Part shown: positions 50,321 to 59,092 of the stretch, in pieces | Layout of the letters: every line of letters starts with the position of its first letter | Position numbering within the stretch: position 1 is the first letter of the stretch | NCBI GenBank assembly: GCA_026387355.1 | Contig: JAPLLW010000014.1 | Location: 5,295-69,294 of the forward strand | Direction: 5' to 3' | Origin: Candidatus Omnitrophota bacterium | GTDB lineage: Bacteria; Omnitrophota; Gorgyraeia; Gygaellales; Profunditerraquicolaceae | Length of the DNA: 64,000 bases | Notes under the pieces: model-generated | The model's database searches: none | Told to the model about the DNA's origin: nothing | The model's input: the letters and a program-made list of their open reading frames with translations, nothing else | Translations under genes and position numbers: made by a program

Positions 50321-50348
50321 TTGACCGTATTCTTTTCTGGTGTATAAT
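50321..50348 (+). promoter_or_regulatory. sigma70 promoter TTGACC-N16-TATAAT upstream of yggS
   Basis: Read directly in the 122-nt ftsA-yggS spacer. Confidence 0.55.
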
Positions 50349-50358
50349 ACTTTATCTA

Positions 50359-51009
50359 ATGATATGCGATAATATCACAAAAACTAAGAATCGTATTGCT
50401 ACTGTCTGCCTTAAGGTTAAGCGGGATCCGGCTGCTATACAATTGCTTGCAGTAACTAAAAATAGAAGCATTGAAGAGATACAAGGAGTAATTTCAGCCG
50501 GCATAACTGATCTCGGCGAGAACAGGGTTCAGGAAGCTCTTTTGAAATATCAAAGTATTAAGGGAGTAAAATGGCATATGGTCGGGCATCTTCAGATGAA
50601 TAAGGTAAGAGATGCGGTTAAGGTCTTTGAGATGATTCAATCCGTAGATAGCCTGCGTCTTGCCAGAGAGATCAACAAGGAAGCTTTGAAGCTTAATAAG
50701 ATCCAGGATGTGCTATTTGAAGTGAAGATCTCCCCGGAGCTTACAAAATTCGGGATAAATATAGAGGGCCTTCCTGAGATAATTGAGGAAGTAGCTAAGC
50801 TAAATAATTTAAATATATGCGGCCTGATGAGCATTGCTCCGATTGCAGATAGTGCTGAATATGCCAGGCCATATTTTAGGAAGCTTAGGGAGTTAAGGGA
50901 TAAAGTTAATAAAAGCTGGATTTTATCAATCGGCATGAGCGATGATTTCGAAGTAGCGATTGAAGAAGGTAGCGATATGGTCAGAATCGGTAGGGCGATA
51001 TTCGATTAG
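50359..51009 (+). CDS. yggS: PLP-homeostasis protein YggS/YlmE (alanine racemase N-terminal-like TIM barrel)
   Basis: 216 aa; LLAVTKNRSIEEI ... WHMVGHLQMNK (PLP lysine) ... RIGRAIF. Confidence 0.85.
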   Translation: MICDNITKTKNRIATVCLKVKRDPAAIQLLAVTKNRSIEEIQGVISAGITDLGENRVQEALLKYQSIKGVKWHMVGHLQMNKVRDAVKVFEMIQSVDSLRLAREINKEALKLNKIQDVLFEVKISPELTKFGINIEGLPEIIEEVAKLNNLNICGLMSIAPIADSAEYARPYFRKLRELRDKVNKSWILSIGMSDDFEVAIEEGSDMVRIGRAIFD

Positions 51010-51019
51010 CTAACTAAAT

Positions 51020-51892
51020 GTGCCAAAAGGGGACTCTATGACTAAACAAAATACGCGCCAAAAGATCGGGATCATTGGTTTCGGGAATATGGGCTCGGTG
51101 ATTGCGCACAGGTTAAGTGTGCAGGACCATAATTATGATATCTTTGTTTTTGATAAAGAGAAAGAGAAGCTGAGTAATTTGTTAGGTATTAAGGCATCCA
51201 AAGACATTCATGATCTGGCAGCTAGCTCTGAAATAATTATCCTAGCGGTAAAGCCGCAGGATCTCGATCATATCTTAAAAGAAATCAAAAAATATGTTTC
51301 CGGGAAATTGGTTATTTCAATCGCAGCCGGCTTATCTACAAAACATATTGAGAGAATATTAGGCGCAATTAGGGTTATCCGGGTGATGCCAAATATCGCA
51401 GCTAAGATCGCCGAGTCGGTAACCTGTTTATGTAAAGGCATGTATGCTACAGATGAAGATCTTGATTTAGCGCAAGAATTATTCTATTATCTCGGGACGA
51501 CCAGGATTATAGAAGAGGGTATGATGAATGCCGCAACCGCTATCTCCGGAAGCGGTCCGGCGTATGTATTTTATTTCATAGAAAACAGTACCTTTGACCA
51601 GGCAAATATACCTGAGCATGCCAGGCATGATATGATGAGGAGACTCGAAAAAGCAGCTGAGGATTTAGGTTTTGACACGGAGACCGCAGCATTTCTGGCG
51701 GCCAATACCGTAAATGCCAGCATAAGCTTATTGCTCAAGACCAAGTTACTTGCGCAGGAATTAAGAAAACAGGTCACCTCCAAAGGCGGGACTACAGAAG
51801 CAGCAATGGAGGTTTTGACTAAAGACGGTTTATGGGAAGAGGCAGCCAGGGCAGCTTTGAAGAGGGCCGAGGCGTTAGCTAGGAGGGACTAG
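51020..51892 (+). CDS. proC: pyrroline-5-carboxylate reductase
   Basis: 290 aa; Rossmann GIIGFGNMG, VKPQD and C-terminal SKGGTTEAA motif. Confidence 0.85.
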   Translation: MPKGDSMTKQNTRQKIGIIGFGNMGSVIAHRLSVQDHNYDIFVFDKEKEKLSNLLGIKASKDIHDLAASSEIIILAVKPQDLDHILKEIKKYVSGKLVISIAAGLSTKHIERILGAIRVIRVMPNIAAKIAESVTCLCKGMYATDEDLDLAQELFYYLGTTRIIEEGMMNAATAISGSGPAYVFYFIENSTFDQANIPEHARHDMMRRLEKAAEDLGFDTETAAFLAANTVNASISLLLKTKLLAQELRKQVTSKGGTTEAAMEVLTKDGLWEEAARAALKRAEALARRD

Positions 51893-51895
51893 TTT

Positions 51896-52756
51896 ATGTC
51901 AAGGATAGGTATTATCGGCGGTAGCGGTTTATATCAGATCGAAGGGATAAGTATTAAAGATGAGCTTACGGTGAAAACCCCTTTCGGTATGCCTTCAGGT
52001 AAGCTTATCGTCGGAGATCTATGCGGTAAGGATGTGGTATTCCTTCCGCGGCATGATGTTGGACACAGAATATCCCCGAGCCAGATCAATTATCGTGCAA
52101 ATATATTCGCTATGAAAAAACTTGGGGTTGAGCGGATTATATCTGTGGCTGCCTGCGGCAGCTTGAAAGAAGAATACCGCCCTATGGATTTTGTGGCGGT
52201 CGATCAGTTTGTAGACCGCACCAACTATGCGCGGGACACTAGTTTTTTCACCGATGGCATTGTCGTGCATATAGAATTCGCTCATCCAATATGTCCGCAA
52301 ATGCATAAGGCAATCTGTCAGTCTGCGAGTGTCCTTAAGATCAAAACGCATGAACGCGGAACTTATATTAATATGGAAGGCCCGGCATTTTCCACGCTTG
52401 CCGAATCGAATCTTTACCGCAGCTGGGGGATGGATGTAATTGGAATGACTAATTTTGCAGAAGCAAAGCTTGCTAGAGAAGCCGAGATATGTTACTCAAC
52501 ACTTGCGGCAATCACTGATTATGATTGCTGGCATCCGAACCATGCCAGCGTTTCTATCGAAATGATTATAAGTAATCTTCATAAAAACGTAGAGAATGCC
52601 AAGAGGATATTTACTTCAGTGATTAAGAATCTTCCTGAAGAAAGAAGTTGTTCTTGTGGTAGCGCATTAAAGTTTGCAATTCTTACTGAGAGAAAGTTTA
52701 TTCCCGCAAAGGTAAAGAAGGATCTAAATATCCTTATCGGAAAATATGTCAAATAA
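51896..52756 (+). CDS. mtnP: S-methyl-5'-thioadenosine phosphorylase (PNP/MTAP family)
   Basis: 286 aa; IGIIGGSGLY N-terminus and the MTAP/PNP fold; the long C-terminal extension is typical of MTAP. Confidence 0.8.
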   Translation: MSRIGIIGGSGLYQIEGISIKDELTVKTPFGMPSGKLIVGDLCGKDVVFLPRHDVGHRISPSQINYRANIFAMKKLGVERIISVAACGSLKEEYRPMDFVAVDQFVDRTNYARDTSFFTDGIVVHIEFAHPICPQMHKAICQSASVLKIKTHERGTYINMEGPAFSTLAESNLYRSWGMDVIGMTNFAEAKLAREAEICYSTLAAITDYDCWHPNHASVSIEMIISNLHKNVENAKRIFTSVIKNLPEERSCSCGSALKFAILTERKFIPAKVKKDLNILIGKYVK

Positions 52757-55535
52757 TCAGGATTACAAAGAAAGTTTAAATTTACCCCATACGGAATTCT
52801 CTATGAAGGCAAACTTGCCTTTACGAGAGCCGGAGTTCCTTAAGAGTTGGGCTACCTCGGATATCAATAAGCGCATAAATGAGAAATGCAAAGGCTTGCC
52901 TAAATATATTCTTCATGATGGTCCGCCATATGCAAATGGCGATATCCATATCGGCCATGCTTTAAATAAAACTTTAAAAGACATCATCGTAAAATACAAG
53001 ACCATGCGCGGGTTTGATTCCGCCTATGTCCCCGGATGGGATTGCCACGGCTTGCCCATTGAGCATCAGCTTTTAAAGGAGCTAAAGATAGGTAAGCATC
53101 AGATATCTCAGCTTGAGTTTAGGAAGAAGGCGCACGATTATGCCTTAAGTTTTGTCGCCAAACAAAAAGAACAGTTTAAGCGTTTAGGTATATTCGGCGA
53201 CTGGGATAACCCGTATTTGACTTTATCGCGGGATTTTGAAGAGAGCATACTGGTTGCTTTTAATAAATTGGTCAGAGCTGGTTATATCTACCGTGGGCTT
53301 AAGCCGGTTAACTGGTGTTTTAAATGTGAAACTGCCCTTGCTGAGGCAGAGGTAGAATATGCTGATCACACTTCTCCCTCGGTATTTGTGAAATTTAAGA
53401 TCTCACAAGACAAGAATTTATCCGGTGCCGACTTGGTTATTTGGACCACAACACCCTGGACACTATTGGCTAATGTGGCGGTGGCAGTGCATCCGGATTT
53501 TCTTTACGTCTATATTAAGACTTCAAAAGGAGATTTAATTATAGCAAAGAATCTTGCAGAGAGCGCTTTAAGTCGAATGGGTATTACTGAGTTTAAAGTA
53601 ATTAAGGAACTCAAGGGTAAAGAGTTAGAGGGCTTAAATTATGATCATCCCTTTGGTTTGCGTAAGGGGAGTGTTGTTTTGGCTGATTATGTTTCCGGAG
53701 AAGAAGGCACAGGCTTGGTGCATACTGCTCCCGGACATGGCAACGAAGACTACCTTACGGGAGTTAAATATAAATTAGATATAATTATGCCGGTAGATAA
53801 TAAGGGTAACTTTGATTCTTCCGTCACAGAGTTCCAAGGGTTAAATTGTTTAGAGGCAAATAAACTGATTTTGGATAAGTTAAGCAATCTTGGTGCCCTG
53901 CTTTTTAATTCGCAAATTCAGCATTCCTATCCGCATTGCTGGCGTTGTAAACAGCCGATAATTTTTCGGGCCACTAAGCAGTGGTTTTTGAAATTAGATC
54001 ATAAAAATTTAAGAGATAGGCTTGTTGAGGTAATTAAGAATGATGTGCACTGGATCCCTGCATCAGGTATAGAGCGGATTCTGGGGATGGTTAGCTTAAG
54101 GCCTGATTGGTGTTTGTCTCGTCAGAGATATTGGGGGGTTCCGATTCCGGCGATAGTCTGCGGAGATTGTAACGAAGAATTCTTAGTTCCTGAGGTAATT
54201 GATAATTTTGTGAAGTTTGTAATTAAGGAAGGGACAGATTCCTGGTTCATCCGCGATTTGGCAGATTTTCTTCCGCAGGGCTTTAGATGTCCGCATTGCC
54301 AGGGAGATAAATTAAGCAAAGGCATGGATATCCTCGATGTATGGTTTGATTCGGGGGTGAGCAGTCAGGCAGTTTTAAAGAGAAGAAAAGAGCTGGAATT
54401 TCCTGCGGCATTATATTTGGAGGGTTCTGATCAACACAGGGGCTGGTTCCAGTCGTCTCTAATCCCGTCGGTTTGCATAGATAATACCGCGCCTTTTAAG
54501 AATGTGCTTACCCATGGTTTTGTGGTCGATGGTTTAGGCAGAAAGATGTCTAAGTCGCAAGGTAATGTTATCTCTCCATTTGATATCATCAAAGATTACG
54601 GAGCGGACATCTTGCGTTTATGGGTAGCCGCTAGTGATTATAACGAGGATATCCGTATTTCTAAAGAGGTACTCCTGCGTTTAATTGAAGGCTACCGCAA
54701 GTTAAGAAACACCGCTCGTTTTATTTTAAGTAATTTGTATGATTTCCAACCTGATAAAGACAGAGTTGAATATAAAGATCTGGCAAATATTGATAGATGG
54801 ATCTTAGGCAGGCTTAATTCTCTGCTCAAGGAAGTAAGTGTTGCTTATGAGGATTTTCAGTTCAATAAGGCCTATAAAGAGATTTATGATTTTTGCAATG
54901 AAGAATTATCTATGTATTATCTGGATATGGCCAAGGGGAGGCTTTATACCTGTGCCGCTGGCTCTATGCAAAGGAGGTCGGCGCAGACAGCAATCTACGA
55001 TGTACTTTTTTCATTAATTAGAATAATGGCTCCGATCTTAGTCTTTACAGCCGATGAAATTTGGCAGATCATGCCTAAATATAAAAAAGATAGCCATATC
55101 GATAGCGTTCATCTTTTAAGCTGGCCAGTCGAGGAAGGAATAAAAGAAGATAAGCTGGATGCAATTATTGAATTAATTCCGGAGGTAGCAAAGATTCTGG
55201 AAGAGAAGCGCGCTAAGGGTGAGATCGGAAGTTCATTTGACGCACGAATAAAACTGTTGACAAATGACCAAAATCGTTATAATTTCTTAACAAGTTTAAA
55301 AGATGAACTTACGGAAATATTTAAGGTTTCCGAAGTTTTGGTTGAGAAGGACGATTTAAACTCGATCACAGGCTTAAGTGTCAAGGCGCATACGGATTTG
55401 GCGATTCAAGTTGATAGGGCAGAGGGAGAGAAGTGCGCGCGTTGTTGGAACTATAGCCTGAGCACAGGAAAATCTAAAGAGCATCCTTTAATTTGCAGTA
55501 AGTGCGAAGCGGTTATTAATGAGAGGAGTAATTAA
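52746..55535 (+). CDS. ileS: isoleucine--tRNA ligase
   Basis: 929 aa; HIGH (PYANGDIHIGHA), KMSKS, editing domain, C-terminal zinc-binding cysteines (CARCWNY...CSKCEAV). Confidence 0.95.
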   Translation: MSNNQDYKESLNLPHTEFSMKANLPLREPEFLKSWATSDINKRINEKCKGLPKYILHDGPPYANGDIHIGHALNKTLKDIIVKYKTMRGFDSAYVPGWDCHGLPIEHQLLKELKIGKHQISQLEFRKKAHDYALSFVAKQKEQFKRLGIFGDWDNPYLTLSRDFEESILVAFNKLVRAGYIYRGLKPVNWCFKCETALAEAEVEYADHTSPSVFVKFKISQDKNLSGADLVIWTTTPWTLLANVAVAVHPDFLYVYIKTSKGDLIIAKNLAESALSRMGITEFKVIKELKGKELEGLNYDHPFGLRKGSVVLADYVSGEEGTGLVHTAPGHGNEDYLTGVKYKLDIIMPVDNKGNFDSSVTEFQGLNCLEANKLILDKLSNLGALLFNSQIQHSYPHCWRCKQPIIFRATKQWFLKLDHKNLRDRLVEVIKNDVHWIPASGIERILGMVSLRPDWCLSRQRYWGVPIPAIVCGDCNEEFLVPEVIDNFVKFVIKEGTDSWFIRDLADFLPQGFRCPHCQGDKLSKGMDILDVWFDSGVSSQAVLKRRKELEFPAALYLEGSDQHRGWFQSSLIPSVCIDNTAPFKNVLTHGFVVDGLGRKMSKSQGNVISPFDIIKDYGADILRLWVAASDYNEDIRISKEVLLRLIEGYRKLRNTARFILSNLYDFQPDKDRVEYKDLANIDRWILGRLNSLLKEVSVAYEDFQFNKAYKEIYDFCNEELSMYYLDMAKGRLYTCAAGSMQRRSAQTAIYDVLFSLIRIMAPILVFTADEIWQIMPKYKKDSHIDSVHLLSWPVEEGIKEDKLDAIIELIPEVAKILEEKRAKGEIGSSFDARIKLLTNDQNRYNFLTSLKDELTEIFKVSEVLVEKDDLNSITGLSVKAHTDLAIQVDRAEGEKCARCWNYSLSTGKSKEHPLICSKCEAVINERSN

Positions 55536-56010
55536 ATTGCCCAAAAAAATAAAAGCCAAGAAAATAAAAGCTAAAAAAATAAAACGTAGAATACCTAAAA
55601 TAAAGGTAAGAAAGTTAACTAAGCCAGGTAGAAAAAAACTGAACAAAAAGGAATTGCTTGAGTTTAGAAAGATCATCTTAAAAAGAAAAGATGAGGTTTC
55701 TGATGAAATACAGCACATTTCGGATGATACCTTAAAAAAATCACAAAAAGAGGCCTCCGGAGATATCTCCGGCTATACCTACCATATGGCTGATGTAGCT
55801 ACCGATAATTATGACCGAGAATTTTCTTTGGGGCTTGCTTCCAACGATAGGAAGGAACTGTATGAATTGGATGATGCTACCAAGAGGATAGAGGATGGCA
55901 CTTTCGGTATCTGTGAAGACTGCAACTCAATTATCTCTAAAGTTAGGCTCAAAGCAGTTCCGCAGGCTCGCCTGTGCATTAATTGCCAGGAGAAAAGGGA
56001 GAAGAGGTAG
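55519..56010 (+). CDS. DksA/TraR-family C4 zinc-finger protein with lysine-rich tandem-repeat N-terminus (start uncertain)
   Basis: C-terminal CEDC...17 aa...CINC with the DksA-like coiled-coil region; N-terminus KKIKAKKIKAKKIKRR encoded by ~3 imperfect 15-nt DNA repeats (55546-55592). Confidence 0.7.
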   Translation: MRGVIKLPKKIKAKKIKAKKIKRRIPKIKVRKLTKPGRKKLNKKELLEFRKIILKRKDEVSDEIQHISDDTLKKSQKEASGDISGYTYHMADVATDNYDREFSLGLASNDRKELYELDDATKRIEDGTFGICEDCNSIISKVRLKAVPQARLCINCQEKREKR

Positions 56011-56459
56011 CCAAACTCATCCTATCGATGATTCCCTTTATCATCGTATTAATAATTCTTACCTTAGACCAAACAAGCAAAATACTTCTTTCTAGAAGCC
56101 TGTATCTTGATCAGACTCTTCCTTTGATTAAGGGAGTTTTCGATATTACCCTGGTGCACAACCGGGGGGCAGCTTTTGGAATCTTCAAAGGACAGGTCTA
56201 TTTATTTATAATTGCATCCAGCATAGCGGTCTTTTTGATTTACTCAAGTCTTAAAAGTAAAAACCACAGCATTTATTATGTTGCCTCCTTAAGCTTCATT
56301 CTAGCGGGTGCCTTAGGCAATCTTATCGATAGAGTCCGGTTGGGTTATGTTATTGATTTCTTTAATTTTCATTTTTGGCCGGTTTTTAATATAGCAGATA
56401 GCGCAATTACCATTGGATCGATAATTCTGGCTTGTTTAATTTTTAAGGGGAAAGATTAA
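55983..56459 (+). CDS. lspA: lipoprotein signal peptidase (signal peptidase II)
   Basis: 158 aa; 4 TM; conserved NRGAAFG and FNIADSAITIG blocks; classic ileS-lspA linkage. Confidence 0.9.
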   Translation: MPGEKGEEVAKLILSMIPFIIVLIILTLDQTSKILLSRSLYLDQTLPLIKGVFDITLVHNRGAAFGIFKGQVYLFIIASSIAVFLIYSSLKSKNHSIYYVASLSFILAGALGNLIDRVRLGYVIDFFNFHFWPVFNIADSAITIGSIILACLIFKGKD

Positions 56460-56460
56460 T

Positions 56461-57192
56461 ATGCATCCTGAAATCTGCAAGCTTGGCCCAGTTACGGTAT
56501 ATTCCTATGGTTTAATGTTAGTTATTGCATTTGTAGTCTCTACGTTTTTAGCGGCTGCTCAAGCTAAAAGGGAGAAGATCGACCCTGAGATTATCTTTAA
56601 TTTAAGTTTTACGATCTTTATATCGGGGATAATTGGTGCGCGAATTTTTTATGTTTTGGATAACTTGAATTATTATTTAAAGGCCCCGCTTGAAATAATC
56701 ATGTTGCAAAAAGGAGGCTTGGCCTGGTTTGGTGGTTTGATTTTGGGCTCGATTTGCGGAATTCTGTATATCAAGAGAAAGAATCTTCCGGTATATAAGA
56801 TTATAGATTTATTCGCGCCTTTTGTTGCTTTTGGACAGGCTATTGGTAGAATCGGATGTTTTTTAAACGGCTGTTGCTATGGCAAAGAATCAGCGTTTGG
56901 AATCTATTCACCGGCTCAAGGGGCAGTTTTAATCCCATCGCAGCTTTATTCTGCTTTAATTCTAGTAGTTATATTTGTTATCTTAAGGATAATGCAAGTG
57001 AGGCCGCATAAAAACGGAGAGATATTCTTCGCGTATCTTTTCTTTTATTCAATAAAAAGATTCTTTGTCGAATATCTGCGCGCGGATAATCCTGTTATTA
57101 TATTTGGCCTAACTTTATTCCAAATCTTAAGTATTGCCGTATTTATTCTAGCCGCAATTTACCTCTATATAATTAAAAAAAGAAAAGGTTAA
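56461..57192 (+). CDS. lgt: prolipoprotein diacylglyceryl transferase
   Basis: 243 aa; Lgt signature region GARIFYVL ... GGLAWFGGLI... and G-x-x-G-R-x-G-N/C-F-x-N-x-E block (FGQAIGRIGCFLNGCCYGK). Confidence 0.9.
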   Translation: MHPEICKLGPVTVYSYGLMLVIAFVVSTFLAAAQAKREKIDPEIIFNLSFTIFISGIIGARIFYVLDNLNYYLKAPLEIIMLQKGGLAWFGGLILGSICGILYIKRKNLPVYKIIDLFAPFVAFGQAIGRIGCFLNGCCYGKESAFGIYSPAQGAVLIPSQLYSALILVVIFVILRIMQVRPHKNGEIFFAYLFFYSIKRFFVEYLRADNPVIIFGLTLFQILSIAVFILAAIYLYIIKKRKG

Positions 57193-57201
57193 GGTATCTA
57201 T

Positions 57202-58203
57202 ATGCAAAAGTACTCACTTGAGATAACTAAGGATCAAGCGGGTAGGCGTCTGGATTTATTCGTTAGCGATTTTTCAAAAGAGAACAATTTAGGCCTTTCT
57301 CGTAATGTGATCCAAAACTTAATTAAACGAGGCAAGATTACCGTAGAAGGCAACCTCGAAGTAAAGCCGCATTACAAGATCAAGGTTAATGATCTAATTA
57401 AAATATCTCCTGAAGAAAAAGTAAAACATACTATTGAGGCAGAAGATATTAAGCTCGAGGTAGTTTATGAAGATAGTGAGCTTGCGATTATTAATAAACC
57501 TGTGGGCTTAGTTGTGCATCCGGCTCCGGGAAATTATAAACATACACTGGTAAATGCTTTGCTAAATAGGTTTAAGGATTTATCTGATGTCAATCCACTT
57601 AGGCCAGGTATTGTGCATAGGCTTGATAAAGAAACTTCCGGTTTGCTGGTTATTGCTAAGAATAACTCAAGCCACCTAAAGCTTTCCGAGCAATTCATGG
57701 ATCATTCCATAAAGCGTAAATATATTGCGATTGTTAAAGGTAGGATGGAATTCGATGAAAATATTATTGAGGCTCCACTTGCCAGGCATGCTACAAAAAG
57801 AGAGGAGATGTCTGTAAATTTTACTGAAGGATCCAGATTCGCTAAAACTTATTACCGTACCTTAAAGCGTATCGGAGAATTCAGCTTGTTGCAATTGGAA
57901 CCATTTACCGGAAGGACTCATCAATTAAGAGTTCATCTGGCGTTCATCGGGCATCCGATTTTAGGCGACAGGAAATACGGAGAAAATAATGAATTTAGTC
58001 GCCTTGCACTACATGCCAAGTCGTTAGGTTTCATTCATCCCAAAACAGGAAAACTTATAGAATTTGATTCTTCGTTGCCGCAAGAGTTTATTGACTTTAG
58101 TCCTCACCCAGTAATTACTGCTCCTAAATGTAAGATGAATAAGCATGTGGGCGTGATTCTACCACAAGTAAAGAAGGTTACAAAAAAGAGTTCACGATTG
58201 TAA
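57202..58203 (+). CDS. rluD: RluA-family 23S rRNA pseudouridine synthase (RluD-like, S4 + catalytic domain)
   Basis: 333 aa; S4 domain N-terminus; catalytic HRLDKETSGLLV with Asp; C-terminal K-rich tail. Confidence 0.85.
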   Translation: MQKYSLEITKDQAGRRLDLFVSDFSKENNLGLSRNVIQNLIKRGKITVEGNLEVKPHYKIKVNDLIKISPEEKVKHTIEAEDIKLEVVYEDSELAIINKPVGLVVHPAPGNYKHTLVNALLNRFKDLSDVNPLRPGIVHRLDKETSGLLVIAKNNSSHLKLSEQFMDHSIKRKYIAIVKGRMEFDENIIEAPLARHATKREEMSVNFTEGSRFAKTYYRTLKRIGEFSLLQLEPFTGRTHQLRVHLAFIGHPILGDRKYGENNEFSRLALHAKSLGFIHPKTGKLIEFDSSLPQEFIDFSPHPVITAPKCKMNKHVGVILPQVKKVTKKSSRL

Positions 58204-58302
58204 AGCTATGGGGCGCCACAACTAAAAATAAGACTTGATTTTTGAATAAGTGCTTGCTATATTAAAAGAAATTAACTAAGATTTAATTGCTAAGGAGGAA
58301 GC

Positions 58303-59091
58303 ATGAATCCTAAAGTTAAGGTTGTATTTACAGTTCTAATAATATTAATTTCTTTATCTCTGGCTGGCGGTGGATTTTATCTTTATAAAACGGAAACTGC
58401 CAAGAATGTAGAGCTCGAAGATAAGATCGAAGAGCTGAGCACTAAGCAGAAGATAGCTGAAGCAAAATTTGTTGAGGCCCAGAGAATCCAAATTACTTTA
58501 GATGAAAAGCTAAAGGATGCTTTGGCTCAAATTGAGATTTTGAATACCAAGCTTACTATGGAGCAATCCGCAAAGGACGAAGCTTTAGCTAAAATGGAAG
58601 CGATGCGTAGTGATCTTGAAGCGCAGAAAGATTTAAGGTTGGACTTAGAGAAGAAATTAGCTCAGGCTCAGGGAGATGTAAGGAGTATTCAGGATAAACT
58701 TACCGTTATTGATAAAGAAAAAGGGGATCTAGAGTCAAAGGTTAGTGATCTTGAGGCAAAATCCAATGTGGAATTAGGCAAGATTGTGGTTAGTCCTGAA
58801 ACAAAACAAACCAAAAAATCTAATAAGGCAACAGTAGAAAAAGCTAGTCCTGCTAAGGGAGAAGAAGGCAAGATCATGGTAATTAACAAAGAGTATAATT
58901 TTGCGGTAATTAATCTAGGAAGTAAAGACGGATTGAATGTCGGAGATCAATTTTCGATATATCGTAGTAACAAATTTATCGGCGACCTAAAAATTGAAAA
59001 GCTGCAAGAATCTATGTCCGCAGCTGGTTTTGTAACAGATGGTATAAAGGATAAAGCAAAAGAAGGCGATAAGGTTATAAAAAAGAGTTAA
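58303..59091 (+). CDS. membrane-anchored coiled-coil protein with a C-terminal beta domain (unknown function)
   Basis: 262 aa; N-terminal TM (VVFTVLIILISLSLAGGGFYL), ~130 aa heptad-rich segment, C-terminal KIMVINKEYNFAVINLGSKDGLNVGDQFSIYRSNKFIGDLKI. Confidence 0.6.
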   Translation: MNPKVKVVFTVLIILISLSLAGGGFYLYKTETAKNVELEDKIEELSTKQKIAEAKFVEAQRIQITLDEKLKDALAQIEILNTKLTMEQSAKDEALAKMEAMRSDLEAQKDLRLDLEKKLAQAQGDVRSIQDKLTVIDKEKGDLESKVSDLEAKSNVELGKIVVSPETKQTKKSNKATVEKASPAKGEEGKIMVINKEYNFAVINLGSKDGLNVGDQFSIYRSNKFIGDLKIEKLQESMSAAGFVTDGIKDKAKEGDKVIKKS

Positions 59092-59092
59092 A

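Noticed and set aside
55546-55592. Short tandem DNA repeats (AAAATAAAAGC units) as a possible CRISPR or VNTR array
   Set aside because: Only about three imperfect 15-nt units, with no spacers. They lie inside or at the start of a coding region and simply encode the KKIKAKK repeat. No cas genes nearby.
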